A DNA stretch of 38,588 nucleotides, from contig DASYAN010000358.1 of assembly GCA_036501345.1 (NCBI GenBank), positions 1-38,588 on the forward strand, given 5' to 3'. Both the position numbers and the translations under genes were made by a program. This DNA comes from Ktedonobacteraceae bacterium (GTDB taxonomy: Bacteria > Chloroflexota > Ktedonobacteria > Ktedonobacterales > Ktedonobacteraceae). The notes below the pieces were generated by a model, which worked only from the letters and a program-made list of their open reading frames with translations, had not been told where the DNA came from and made no database searches. Below, one piece after another: positions 9,171 through 16,951 of the stretch (position 1 is its first letter; each line of letters starts with the position of its first letter).

Positions 9171-10506
9171 GAGGAAAATAGTGAAAAAACGTCTACGTAT
9201 TTGTATCATCGCATTTCGATTTGCTCCCATTGTTGGTGGAGCAGAAATTGCTGCGGAGAGGCTTGCACGTCAACTTCAAGAACAAGGAGCCGATGTCACT
9301 GTTCTCACACTCCACGACGATAAAAACTGGCCAAAACAAGAGGACTATAAAGGCTTACCAGTTGTACGTGTTGGCGGAAGCTATAGCCGTACAGGAAAAC
9401 TCCGCATTGGCAGGTTTGGTCATCTACCAATCGATGCATTGGCATTTAGAGAACTCTGGAGATTACGTCACCAGTTTGATATAATTCATTTGCAGCAAAT
9501 GTCTCCATTAGCTGGCATAGCAGCCTTGATTGGTAAGCTGACAAAGATACCGGTCATTATCAGGATTCCCAGTGCTGGACCTGGTAAGGAACAACAAGAG
9601 GCAGATGCAACGCTCATGGCCGATACATTGATAGAGAAGTCGGTTGATATAAATTTCCTGAAGGTTCCATACACTGATATTGTGGTTGGTGGTCTCAGCC
9701 ATCTGGAAATAACAGCTGTTGGTGGAAAATTCATCCTTAATTATCTCAAGAAGTCAGATGTCTATTATCACGTTCTCAGTACTCGCTGTCAGACTTATCT
9801 CACATCAGAAGGCTTCCGTGCCGACAAAATCGTTAAAATACCAAATGGGATTGATACAGAACGGTTTTGCCCTGACCCGAGTGTGCGGCCCTCACTTGCA
9901 AATGTGGAACGTGATATCATCTCCGTTACACGCCTCGAATTTCCAAAGGGAGTCGATGTCCTGCTGCATGCATGGGGAAGAATGATGAACGCACCAGCGG
10001 AATGGCGGGCACACCTTAAGCCTAGGCTCTTACTAGCAGGTCCGGGCCATTTACAAGCGCAGCTAGAACGCATAGCCATGGAACTAGGCATTAGTGATAG
10101 TGTCGTGTTTCTCGGATTGCATAGAGAGGTTGTTCCACTGCTCCAAAAGGCTTGGGGGTTTATCCTCCCATCACGTTGGGAGGGAATGCCAAACGCTCTC
10201 CTAGAGGCTATGTCCTGTGGTATACCTTCTATTGCCACACGGGTTAGTGGTAGTGAAGATATTATTGAAGATGGCGTCAATGGTTTATTAGTTGAACCAG
10301 AACAACCAGAACAAATGGCGCATGCTCTCAGACGTCTGATAGAGGACCCTGAATTAGCTCAGCGCTTAGCAGAGGCAGGACGTGTCACTGTATTGTGTGA
10401 TTACCAACTGTCGCATGCCGCAGAAAGATGTTTGGAATTTTATTATCAAGCTTTGGGGCTGAGTCAGAATGAGAAGCTGCTTGCTGCGGCTGGAATAGAG
10501 GGTTAG
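9163..10506 (+). CDS. Glycosyltransferase family 4 (GT-B)
   Basis: 447 aa. C-terminal GT4 signature WEGMPNALLEAMSCGIPSIATRVSGSEDIIEDGVNGLLVEP. Its start overlaps the upstream stop. Confidence 0.9.
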   Translation: MDERKIVKKRLRICIIAFRFAPIVGGAEIAAERLARQLQEQGADVTVLTLHDDKNWPKQEDYKGLPVVRVGGSYSRTGKLRIGRFGHLPIDALAFRELWRLRHQFDIIHLQQMSPLAGIAALIGKLTKIPVIIRIPSAGPGKEQQEADATLMADTLIEKSVDINFLKVPYTDIVVGGLSHLEITAVGGKFILNYLKKSDVYYHVLSTRCQTYLTSEGFRADKIVKIPNGIDTERFCPDPSVRPSLANVERDIISVTRLEFPKGVDVLLHAWGRMMNAPAEWRAHLKPRLLLAGPGHLQAQLERIAMELGISDSVVFLGLHREVVPLLQKAWGFILPSRWEGMPNALLEAMSCGIPSIATRVSGSEDIIEDGVNGLLVEPEQPEQMAHALRRLIEDPELAQRLAEAGRVTVLCDYQLSHAAERCLEFYYQALGLSQNEKLLAAAGIEG

Positions 10507-10507
10507 T

Positions 10508-11800
10508 ATGGACGTATTTGAAAAACCGCGTATCTATATTGCAATTCCCACCTTTCATCCACTTGTGGGTGGTGCTGAAACCCAGACACTTGCACAAGCT
10601 CAGCGACTTGTTGAGAACGGTTATCAAATACAGATTGTAACTTTTCACCATAAGCATATCTGGCCATCAAGAGAAACAATCCAAGGTGTATCTGTCATGC
10701 GCGTAGCAGGATTATTCCTGGGCAGGCGGGCCACAATGCCACGACTACTCCAACAATGTATGTATTTGATAGCTATGTTTGTGATGAGTTGGACATTATG
10801 GCACCATCGCAAAAAGTATGATATCTTGCAGGTCTGCCAACTTGGGTCCCTATGCCTACCACTGGCTGCTGTCTGTCGCTTGGCATGTAAACCTATGACA
10901 ATTCTTTTGATTAATTCCGGTTCCGGTGATCCACGCATAAAAACCAAAGGGCCATCTACTTTGCTAGCTGGACCGCTGGACCCCAATACGCCCTGGTTGA
11001 AAGTTGATGGACCAACTTGGATTGACGGCGATATTTATGGTGTACTCGCGATGAACAAGTATATTGTAAGCATTATGTACCGCCTATTTAAAGACGTCAA
11101 AGCTATTCTTCTTGTTCTCAGTACACAAATGTTGCGTAGTTTGAAAGACTATAATCTAGATCTACCTGGCACACGCGTTATTCCCAATGGCGTTGATATT
11201 ATTCGTTTTCAGCCGCTTGCTAGCGGCTTGATCAATGAGGAATGGACAAAAACGGTCGTATGCGTCTCCCAACTGCGTTATGAAAAAGGGACCGATGTTC
11301 TGCTGCAAGCCTGGAACCTAGTACAAAAGCAAATACCAGAGGCACGGCTGATCCTTGTTGGTAGTGGTCCTCTACAACCACAACAGGAAATACTGGCTGA
11401 TGCACTTAACATTAGACAGAGCGTCGAGTTCGCAGGACTGCAAAGCGATGTACCAGCTCAATTTCACCGTGGCATGATAGCAGCGCTTCCATCACGCTGG
11501 GAAGGAATGCCTAATGCCCTGCTGGAGGCAATGGCTTCCGGTTGCGCCTGTGTAGCTACGCGTGTCAGTGGTAGTGAGGATCTTATTCAAGATGGCATCA
11601 ATGGTCTATTAGTCACTCCAGAAGATTACTCTGGCTTGGCCGAAGCCCTCTTAACTCTTCTGAAAGATCCTACGCTCGCCAAAAAATATGGAGCAGCAGC
11701 ACGAGCCAGCATTGAACAGCACTATACGCTTGAGCACATTTTGGATATGTATATTGATACCTACCGAGAACTCGTCCGGGGGTGTGTCTATGCAAAATAA
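10508..11800 (+). CDS. Glycosyltransferase family 4 (GT-B)
   Basis: 430 aa. Signature WEGMPNALLEAMASGCACVATRVSGSEDLIQDGINGLLVTP. It is tightly packed against the upstream GT gene. Confidence 0.9.
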   Translation: MDVFEKPRIYIAIPTFHPLVGGAETQTLAQAQRLVENGYQIQIVTFHHKHIWPSRETIQGVSVMRVAGLFLGRRATMPRLLQQCMYLIAMFVMSWTLWHHRKKYDILQVCQLGSLCLPLAAVCRLACKPMTILLINSGSGDPRIKTKGPSTLLAGPLDPNTPWLKVDGPTWIDGDIYGVLAMNKYIVSIMYRLFKDVKAILLVLSTQMLRSLKDYNLDLPGTRVIPNGVDIIRFQPLASGLINEEWTKTVVCVSQLRYEKGTDVLLQAWNLVQKQIPEARLILVGSGPLQPQQEILADALNIRQSVEFAGLQSDVPAQFHRGMIAALPSRWEGMPNALLEAMASGCACVATRVSGSEDLIQDGINGLLVTPEDYSGLAEALLTLLKDPTLAKKYGAAARASIEQHYTLEHILDMYIDTYRELVRGCVYAK

Positions 11801-11881
11801 TAGTCAAATTTGGCAAATGTGCAAATTGCTTTTTTAGAATTGATTGTGGTTACATCGCGATCTAGCGCATAAGGAGGTCCT

Positions 11882-13825
11882 ATGTGCGGTATTTGTGGTA
11901 TTTATAATGCCCGTAGCAGTGAACCAATATCTCCGCAATTAATTGCGGAGATGACACGTTTAATTGCTCACCGTGGGCCAGACGATAACGGAGCGTACCT
12001 GGATGGGGCGCTTGGCCTGGGATTTGCTCGTCTCAGTATCATTGACCTGAGTGGAGGCCACCAGCCTATGAGCAATGAGACAGGTGATATCTGGATTGTC
12101 TTCAATGGCGAGATCTGGAACTATCAAGTTTTGCGCAAAGAGTTGATCGAGAAGGGACATGTGTTCCGTACCAACTCTGACACTGAAACAATCGTTCATG
12201 CTTATGAAGAATACGGTGTAGACTGCATTGCCCGCTTGCACGGCATGTTCGGGTTCGCTATTTGGGATGGTCCACGCAAACGCATCTTGCTGGCACGCGA
12301 CCGCGCAGGAAAGAAGCCCCTCTATTATACTAACGTAGATGGGAACTTGATCTTTGCCTCCGAAATCAAGTCCTTGCTCTGCCACCCCCACGTAAAGCGA
12401 GAGGCAGACTTGCAAGCCCTGGCTGATTTCTTGAGCGTACGCTATGTGCCAGGACCAGCAACACTCTTCGCTGGTATTTACAAGGTTTTGCCCGGACACT
12501 GGCTGCTTTTCGAAAATGGCTCTATAAGAGAGGAATGCTACTGGGACTTCACTTTTGGAAAGACAGAAAAATGTCCTATCGAAGAATACCTTGATGGTAT
12601 TAAGCACCATGTGCATCGTGCAGTTGAGGAACGCATGATCGCAGATGTACCCGTCGGTGCTCTGTTAAGTGGAGGGGTTGACTCAAGTATCATTTCAGGC
12701 ATCATGAGCAAATTGACTAGCCACAAGGTCAAGACATTTGCAGTCGGCTTCGATCATCCCGACTATAGCGAATTGCCCTATGCTCGGATGGTGGCAGATC
12801 ACTTTAGCACAGATCACCATGAACTGGTAGTCAATTCAGCTGATCTTACTCAGTACTGGCCGCTACTGACCTGGCATCGCGACGAACCAGTAAGTGAATC
12901 ATCAGATCTAGGGGTTTACCTGGTTTCTAAACTGGCCCGCCAGCATGTTAAAGTGGTGCTCTCCGGCGAAGGAGGAGATGAACTCTTTGCTGGGTACCCC
13001 AAATATGTGGTCGATTGGATGGCGAGATACTATCACATAATCCCTCAGGCCATACGCAACGGTATCGTACAGCCGTTCATTGAGAACTTACCTTATAGCA
13101 TGCGAAAATTCAAAACGGCGGCCCGCAATATCTCGCAGCCAGCACCACAACGCTGGATGAACTGGTTTGGAGTCTTTAACGGCCAGCTCAAAGAAGATCT
13201 GCTCTCGTCAAGCCTAAAAGCTAGCATCGACTTGGATTCCAGTCGCGCATTTCAAGGCTGGCTAGACAAAAATCCGCAAAGGGATGACCTTTCATCAATG
13301 CTGTATCTGGACACTAAGATCTGGTTGCCAGACAACTTGCTTATGAAAGGTGATAAGATGACAATGGCGGCCTCACTGGAAGCACGCATGCCTCTACTAG
13401 ACTACAAGCTTATTGAGTATGCAGCCAGCATACCCTCTAATGCTAAGATCAAATCACTCAAGGCGAAATATCTGCTCAAACGAGCATTCGCCGACTTTCT
13501 GCCCGAACCTATTCTCACGCGTAAGAAAATGGGCTTTAACGTACCAACAGGGATCTGGTTCCGCGAAGGGCAACGAGAGGTAATTACAAAACTATTGCTC
13601 TCCGAACGAGCACGGAGCCGAGGCTATTTCAATAATGAGTATATAGAACGTATAGTTCATGACCATCTAGCAGGAAAAACCAATTACCAAGGTCAGATCT
13701 TTATGCTAGCAAGCCTTGAACTGTGGTTCCGTGTTTTCGTTGATCCAACGCAACTGGCAATTCCTCAGGGATCGGTTCTAGATCTCATTGATGAAGAGCA
13801 AGCAATTATTTCTCAGAGGGTGTAA
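11882..13825 (+). CDS. asnB: Asparagine synthase (glutamine-hydrolysing) family amidotransferase, WbpS-like context
   Basis: 647 aa. It has the N-terminal nucleophile MCGICG, the PP-loop SGGVDSS and a strong AAGGAGG SD. Confidence 0.9.
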   Translation: MCGICGIYNARSSEPISPQLIAEMTRLIAHRGPDDNGAYLDGALGLGFARLSIIDLSGGHQPMSNETGDIWIVFNGEIWNYQVLRKELIEKGHVFRTNSDTETIVHAYEEYGVDCIARLHGMFGFAIWDGPRKRILLARDRAGKKPLYYTNVDGNLIFASEIKSLLCHPHVKREADLQALADFLSVRYVPGPATLFAGIYKVLPGHWLLFENGSIREECYWDFTFGKTEKCPIEEYLDGIKHHVHRAVEERMIADVPVGALLSGGVDSSIISGIMSKLTSHKVKTFAVGFDHPDYSELPYARMVADHFSTDHHELVVNSADLTQYWPLLTWHRDEPVSESSDLGVYLVSKLARQHVKVVLSGEGGDELFAGYPKYVVDWMARYYHIIPQAIRNGIVQPFIENLPYSMRKFKTAARNISQPAPQRWMNWFGVFNGQLKEDLLSSSLKASIDLDSSRAFQGWLDKNPQRDDLSSMLYLDTKIWLPDNLLMKGDKMTMAASLEARMPLLDYKLIEYAASIPSNAKIKSLKAKYLLKRAFADFLPEPILTRKKMGFNVPTGIWFREGQREVITKLLLSERARSRGYFNNEYIERIVHDHLAGKTNYQGQIFMLASLELWFRVFVDPTQLAIPQGSVLDLIDEEQAIISQRV

Positions 13826-13926
13826 GTGTAAGCCAACCTCTTACACCCTCTCACTTCTCTGCCCATCGACAATTCACAAGTCCTGTGCCAAAAGGACTAA
13901 GCCATAGGAGAGTCCTTCTCTCCTAT
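13815..13926 (+). terminator. Cluster of three stem-loops in the asnB-downstream spacer (possible terminator/attenuator)
   Basis: Three stem-loops are present. The first is a perfect 12-bp stem, AGAGGGTGTAAG (13815-13826) / CTTACACCCTCT (13840-13851), overlapping the asnB stop. The second is a 6-bp stem at 13879-13898. The third is a 9-bp stem, ATAGGAGAG/CTCTCCTAT, at 13904-13926. None is followed by a clear U-tract. Confidence 0.3.
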
Positions 13927-13997
13927 GCTATACTAGGCACAGTATTTAGTAGATAAAATATTTTGGTACTTCAGAGTTGCCTCAGGAGATGAACGGG

Positions 13998-15311
13998 ATG
14001 GTTAAATCTAACCTTTATAAATTTCGATTTCTTATAGTAATAGTAGCTGCAGTAGTAGTCATTGTGGCTATCTGGCAATTCTCATCACCGCACTCGTCTC
14101 CTAAACCAACTCCGCCAAACGTATCAACTACGCCTTCTCCGACAAAGTATAAACCTGGGAATAGCATTGTCAATAATACGGGCACATCAGACAGTATAAA
14201 TTTAATGCTCAATTTTACTCATAATGTTACTGATCCTGCTGCAATAGCTAAATATTATAGCTTTGTCTGGGGAGCTTCACTTCAGCAGGTCTCGGAGTTG
14301 CGTGCAGGCAATCCAAAGATATTGCTGAGCTACTATTTCCCATTTTACCGTGACAATGGGTCATTTGATAATCAAAATCTTGGCCTACAACAAAACCTTA
14401 CCTATTGGCGCTCTTTTCATCCAGATTGGATTCTTTATAAGTGTGATCGTTCCACACCAGCTTATTTTGCGGACGATAATGATCAGAGTGATAATAGAGT
14501 GCCGCTCGATTTTACCAATCCAGCCGTTATTGACTGGCAGTTACAAACATATGCAGTACCAGCCAGCCAGAACGGGTATGATGCTATTGCTGCCGATAAT
14601 GTCGATCTAGTGAATACATATGGAGCCTGTGGTGTCTATCATAATGGACAATGGGTACAATTGTTTAGTGGCAAACAGGATGATCCCAAATGGCGTAATG
14701 CTGTCTTGAACTGGTTAACACAGATGCAGAGTGCATTGCACCAATTGTCCCACCCTCTGTACCTTATTCCTAACCTTGCTCTTGGTTCAGTCTCGCCAAG
14801 CGACCCTTTTACACAACAAATAGTTAGCCATGTTGATGGCATCTCGGATGAATCGGGTTTCACTCACTATGGTGATGGTAATATAACAGATACGGATTTG
14901 CTACAAAAATTTCAATTCATTGAAAATGTGCAACAGCAACATAAACCCTATTTCATTATTGACGAAGTTTCTAGCACGGACAATGCCGAAATACAATGGA
15001 GCCTCGGTACATATTTGATGTGTAACGAAGGTAGTGCCACCCTATTTATTTCTCTTCCCCAGGACTATGGCAGCGACGCACGCTACCCACAGTATAACAT
15101 TCCAATTGGCAATCCTACTGATGAAATGTATGAGGCACAAAATGTCTACTGGCGCGACTATACCGGCGGGCTAGTTGCTGTTAACCCAAGTAGTGAAAAC
15201 GCATATACAGTCACGACGTCATCTAGCCACTACCTTGATACCAGTGGAAATGCTGTCAGTCGGACATTTAACCTACCACCACATTCAGCAATGATCCTAT
15301 TGCATGCATGA
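13998..15311 (+). CDS. Membrane-anchored/secreted GH114-like glycoside hydrolase (endo-alpha-1,4-polygalactosaminidase-like TIM barrel), tentative
   Basis: The ORF track lists 13977-15311. I prefer the ATG at 13998 because AGGAG lies 9 nt upstream. The protein has an N-terminal TM helix and a Pro/Ser/Thr linker. The segment PLDFTNPAVIDWQLQ...NGYDAIAADNVDLVNTYG resembles the GH114 GFDGVxxDNxDxY region. Confidence 0.5.
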   Translation: MVKSNLYKFRFLIVIVAAVVVIVAIWQFSSPHSSPKPTPPNVSTTPSPTKYKPGNSIVNNTGTSDSINLMLNFTHNVTDPAAIAKYYSFVWGASLQQVSELRAGNPKILLSYYFPFYRDNGSFDNQNLGLQQNLTYWRSFHPDWILYKCDRSTPAYFADDNDQSDNRVPLDFTNPAVIDWQLQTYAVPASQNGYDAIAADNVDLVNTYGACGVYHNGQWVQLFSGKQDDPKWRNAVLNWLTQMQSALHQLSHPLYLIPNLALGSVSPSDPFTQQIVSHVDGISDESGFTHYGDGNITDTDLLQKFQFIENVQQQHKPYFIIDEVSSTDNAEIQWSLGTYLMCNEGSATLFISLPQDYGSDARYPQYNIPIGNPTDEMYEAQNVYWRDYTGGLVAVNPSSENAYTVTTSSSHYLDTSGNAVSRTFNLPPHSAMILLHA

Positions 15312-15354
15312 GTGTGCATATTTTTGGATTAGGATTAACAAGGGGCGCAGGAAG

Positions 15355-15418
15355 TCCCATCCCGTTTAGGGGATTGGGATGAAAGTGCCTACCTTTTATG
15401 GGGCTTGGGCACAGGGGT
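15355..15418 (+). repeat. Dispersed repeat family, copy C (inside the left end of the tnpB element)
   Basis: It contains an imperfect hairpin at 15355-15379. An exact 20-mer, TGGGGCTTGGGCACAGGGGT (15399-15418), is also present at 32061-32080. Flanking positions align with copies at 24599-24706 and 31997-32083. Confidence 0.7.
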
Positions 15419-15427
15419 CATGTCCGC

Positions 15428-15462
15428 TTGACATGCAACCATAATAATAGTAAAATGGTTGC
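15428..15462 (+). promoter_or_regulatory. Sigma-70-type promoter with embedded inverted-repeat operator upstream of the RHH gene
   Basis: TTGACA (15428-15433), a 17-nt spacer, then TAAAAT (15451-15456). A perfect 8-bp inverted repeat, GCAACCAT (15435-15442) / ATGGTTGC (15455-15462), spans the spacer and the -10. The predicted TSS roughly coincides with the GTG start at 15463. Confidence 0.5.
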
Positions 15463-15615
15463 GTGAAAGACGAGATCAAACCTCTCACCATCCGGTTTCC
15501 TGAACATCTTTTGGAACAGATACGAGAGGTGGCAAAACAGAATAATCGGTCTCTCAATCGAGAAATCTTGACTGCCATACAAGAGCACATCAAAAGACAG
15601 AAGAAAGGCAGGTAA
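15463..15615 (+). CDS. Arc/CopG-type ribbon-helix-helix DNA-binding protein (50 aa)
   Basis: Below the ORF-track size cutoff. My translation from GTG is VKDEIKPLTIRFPEHLLEQIREVAKQNNRSLNREILTAIQEHIKRQKKGR*. It has a beta-strand followed by two helices, and the RSLNxEI motif is typical of Arc-like RHH proteins. It ends 6 nt before the tnpB ATG. Confidence 0.6.
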   Translation: MKDEIKPLTIRFPEHLLEQIREVAKQNNRSLNREILTAIQEHIKRQKKGR

Positions 15616-15621
15616 ACAGCC

Positions 15622-16800
15622 ATGAACACGGTGTATATCCACCGATTGCAGCCTACCCCGAAGCTGTTTGCCTGCTTGAAAGCTGCGCAGATGGAAGCCG
15701 CTCGTGTATGGAACCTCTGCTGTGAGATCCATAAGCAAGCAAGAATGGAACATGCCAAATGGCCCGGTCGCAACGATCTGCAAAAAGCAACCAAGGGTCA
15801 ATTTGCCTTGCATAGTCAATCTGTGCAGATGGTGGTCCATGCTTTCCTTGCCAACGTCGATACCACGCGTCAGCTCCGTCAAAGCCATCCTCAAATGAAA
15901 ATGAAATACCCATGGCGTGAGAAGCGTTTCTACCCGGTCAAATGGCCCGCTCAGGCTGTGAGCCGTGAGAACGAACGCGTTGTCCTGCCGATGGGCAAGG
16001 GACGCACATCCATTGTGCTGCCAATTGAACTGCCAGAAAAGAGCGGTGCTTGTAGCCTTGTTTGGAATAACGGCTTTGAGTTGCATGTCTGTATTGAACA
16101 GCCTCAAGAAAAGGAAGCACCAGGTGATGTGCATGCGACAGTAGACTTAGGGGAAATCCATCTTGCAGCAGTCTCGACAAATACCGGACAAGCCATGATC
16201 GTGACAGGTCGTGGTATCCGATCTCTCAAGCGTCAGAGGACGAAGCAACTGGGCAAAATTGGAAAGCGACAATCTAAATGCACAAAGTACTCTCGCAGAT
16301 GGAAGAAAATCCAAAGAGCCAAGAACAAGATCAAGTCGAGAGCAGAGCGCCGTATTCGTGATATGCGACACAAAGCCACACGAAAAGTGATCAATTTCTG
16401 TGTTGAGCAGAAAGTTGGTTCTCTCTTCATAGGCAATCCCCATGGTGTTCGCAGTCGAGATAGTGGAAGACACCACAACCAACGTATGGCTCTATGGGAA
16501 TATGGCAAGGATATCGACTACCTGACCCACAAATCCAAACAAGCCCACATCATGAGCTTCACTGGCTCGGAACGAGGAACAAGTAGCCAGTGTCCTGTCT
16601 GTGGGCATAAACATAAGCCTAAGAACAGAAATTGGGCATGTAAGGCCTGTGGCTTTACCGGACACCGTGATATTGTTGGATCGGTGAATATGCATACGCT
16701 TGCTTTCAGTGAGCAGGTAACCTTTCCTCGTTCCGTTACGTATCTACGCCCCTGCTTGTCTCGGCGTAGTAGTAGGGCAGACGCGCCCCTGGCATCGTGA
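15622..16800 (+). CDS. tnpB: TnpB (IS200/IS605 OrfB, RNA-guided RuvC nuclease family)
   Basis: 392 aa. RuvC-I is ATVDLGEIHLAAV. The zinc finger is CPVCGHKHKPKNRNWACKACGFTGHRD and RuvC-III is HRDIVGSVNM. The canonical RuvC-II Glu position reads FIGNP. Confidence 0.9.
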   Translation: MNTVYIHRLQPTPKLFACLKAAQMEAARVWNLCCEIHKQARMEHAKWPGRNDLQKATKGQFALHSQSVQMVVHAFLANVDTTRQLRQSHPQMKMKYPWREKRFYPVKWPAQAVSRENERVVLPMGKGRTSIVLPIELPEKSGACSLVWNNGFELHVCIEQPQEKEAPGDVHATVDLGEIHLAAVSTNTGQAMIVTGRGIRSLKRQRTKQLGKIGKRQSKCTKYSRRWKKIQRAKNKIKSRAERRIRDMRHKATRKVINFCVEQKVGSLFIGNPHGVRSRDSGRHHNQRMALWEYGKDIDYLTHKSKQAHIMSFTGSERGTSSQCPVCGHKHKPKNRNWACKACGFTGHRDIVGSVNMHTLAFSEQVTFPRSVTYLRPCLSRRSSRADAPLAS

Positions 16801-16925
16801 TCGATGCTTGTTGTCTGAGTCAGCCAACGGATCAACCACTGCTATCTGAGCAGGTTCTTTCGAGAACAGGCCATACCGTTGAAGTGACTCAGAAGCTCAT
16901 CCCCTTCTAGGGGATAGAGAGTCGT
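16640..16925 (+). ncRNA. Predicted TnpB omega RNA (reRNA) overlapping the tnpB 3' end and right end; 5' limit unknown
   Basis: In known TnpB systems the omega RNA spans the gene 3' end and the RE. Here a long-range stem joins 16814-16830 to 16876-16893 (9+6 bp). It encloses a GTTCT/AGAAC hairpin and is followed by the RE hairpin at 16899-16915. Confidence 0.45.
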
Positions 16926-16951
16926 CACCAGATTAAAATGGAGTAGAAAAA

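Larger units (their letters stand above)
15336..16925 (+). mobile_element. Non-autonomous IS200/IS605-family element (RHH gene plus tnpB, no tnpA); boundaries approximate
   Basis: It fills the whole spacer between two polysaccharide genes. Similar subterminal hairpins occur in the same orientation near both ends: CATCCCGTTTAGGGGAT (15359-15375) and CATCCCCTTCTAGGGGAT (16898-15). No Y1 transposase ORF is present. Confidence 0.65.

Noticed and set aside
15418-16134. 238-aa and other long ORFs antisense to tnpB. Similar antisense ORFs occur at 11960-12616, 25162-25968, 32545-33126, 37777-38262 and 7085-7558.
   Set aside because: These are shadow ORFs on the strand opposite well-supported genes. 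They have no motifs and no SD sequences.
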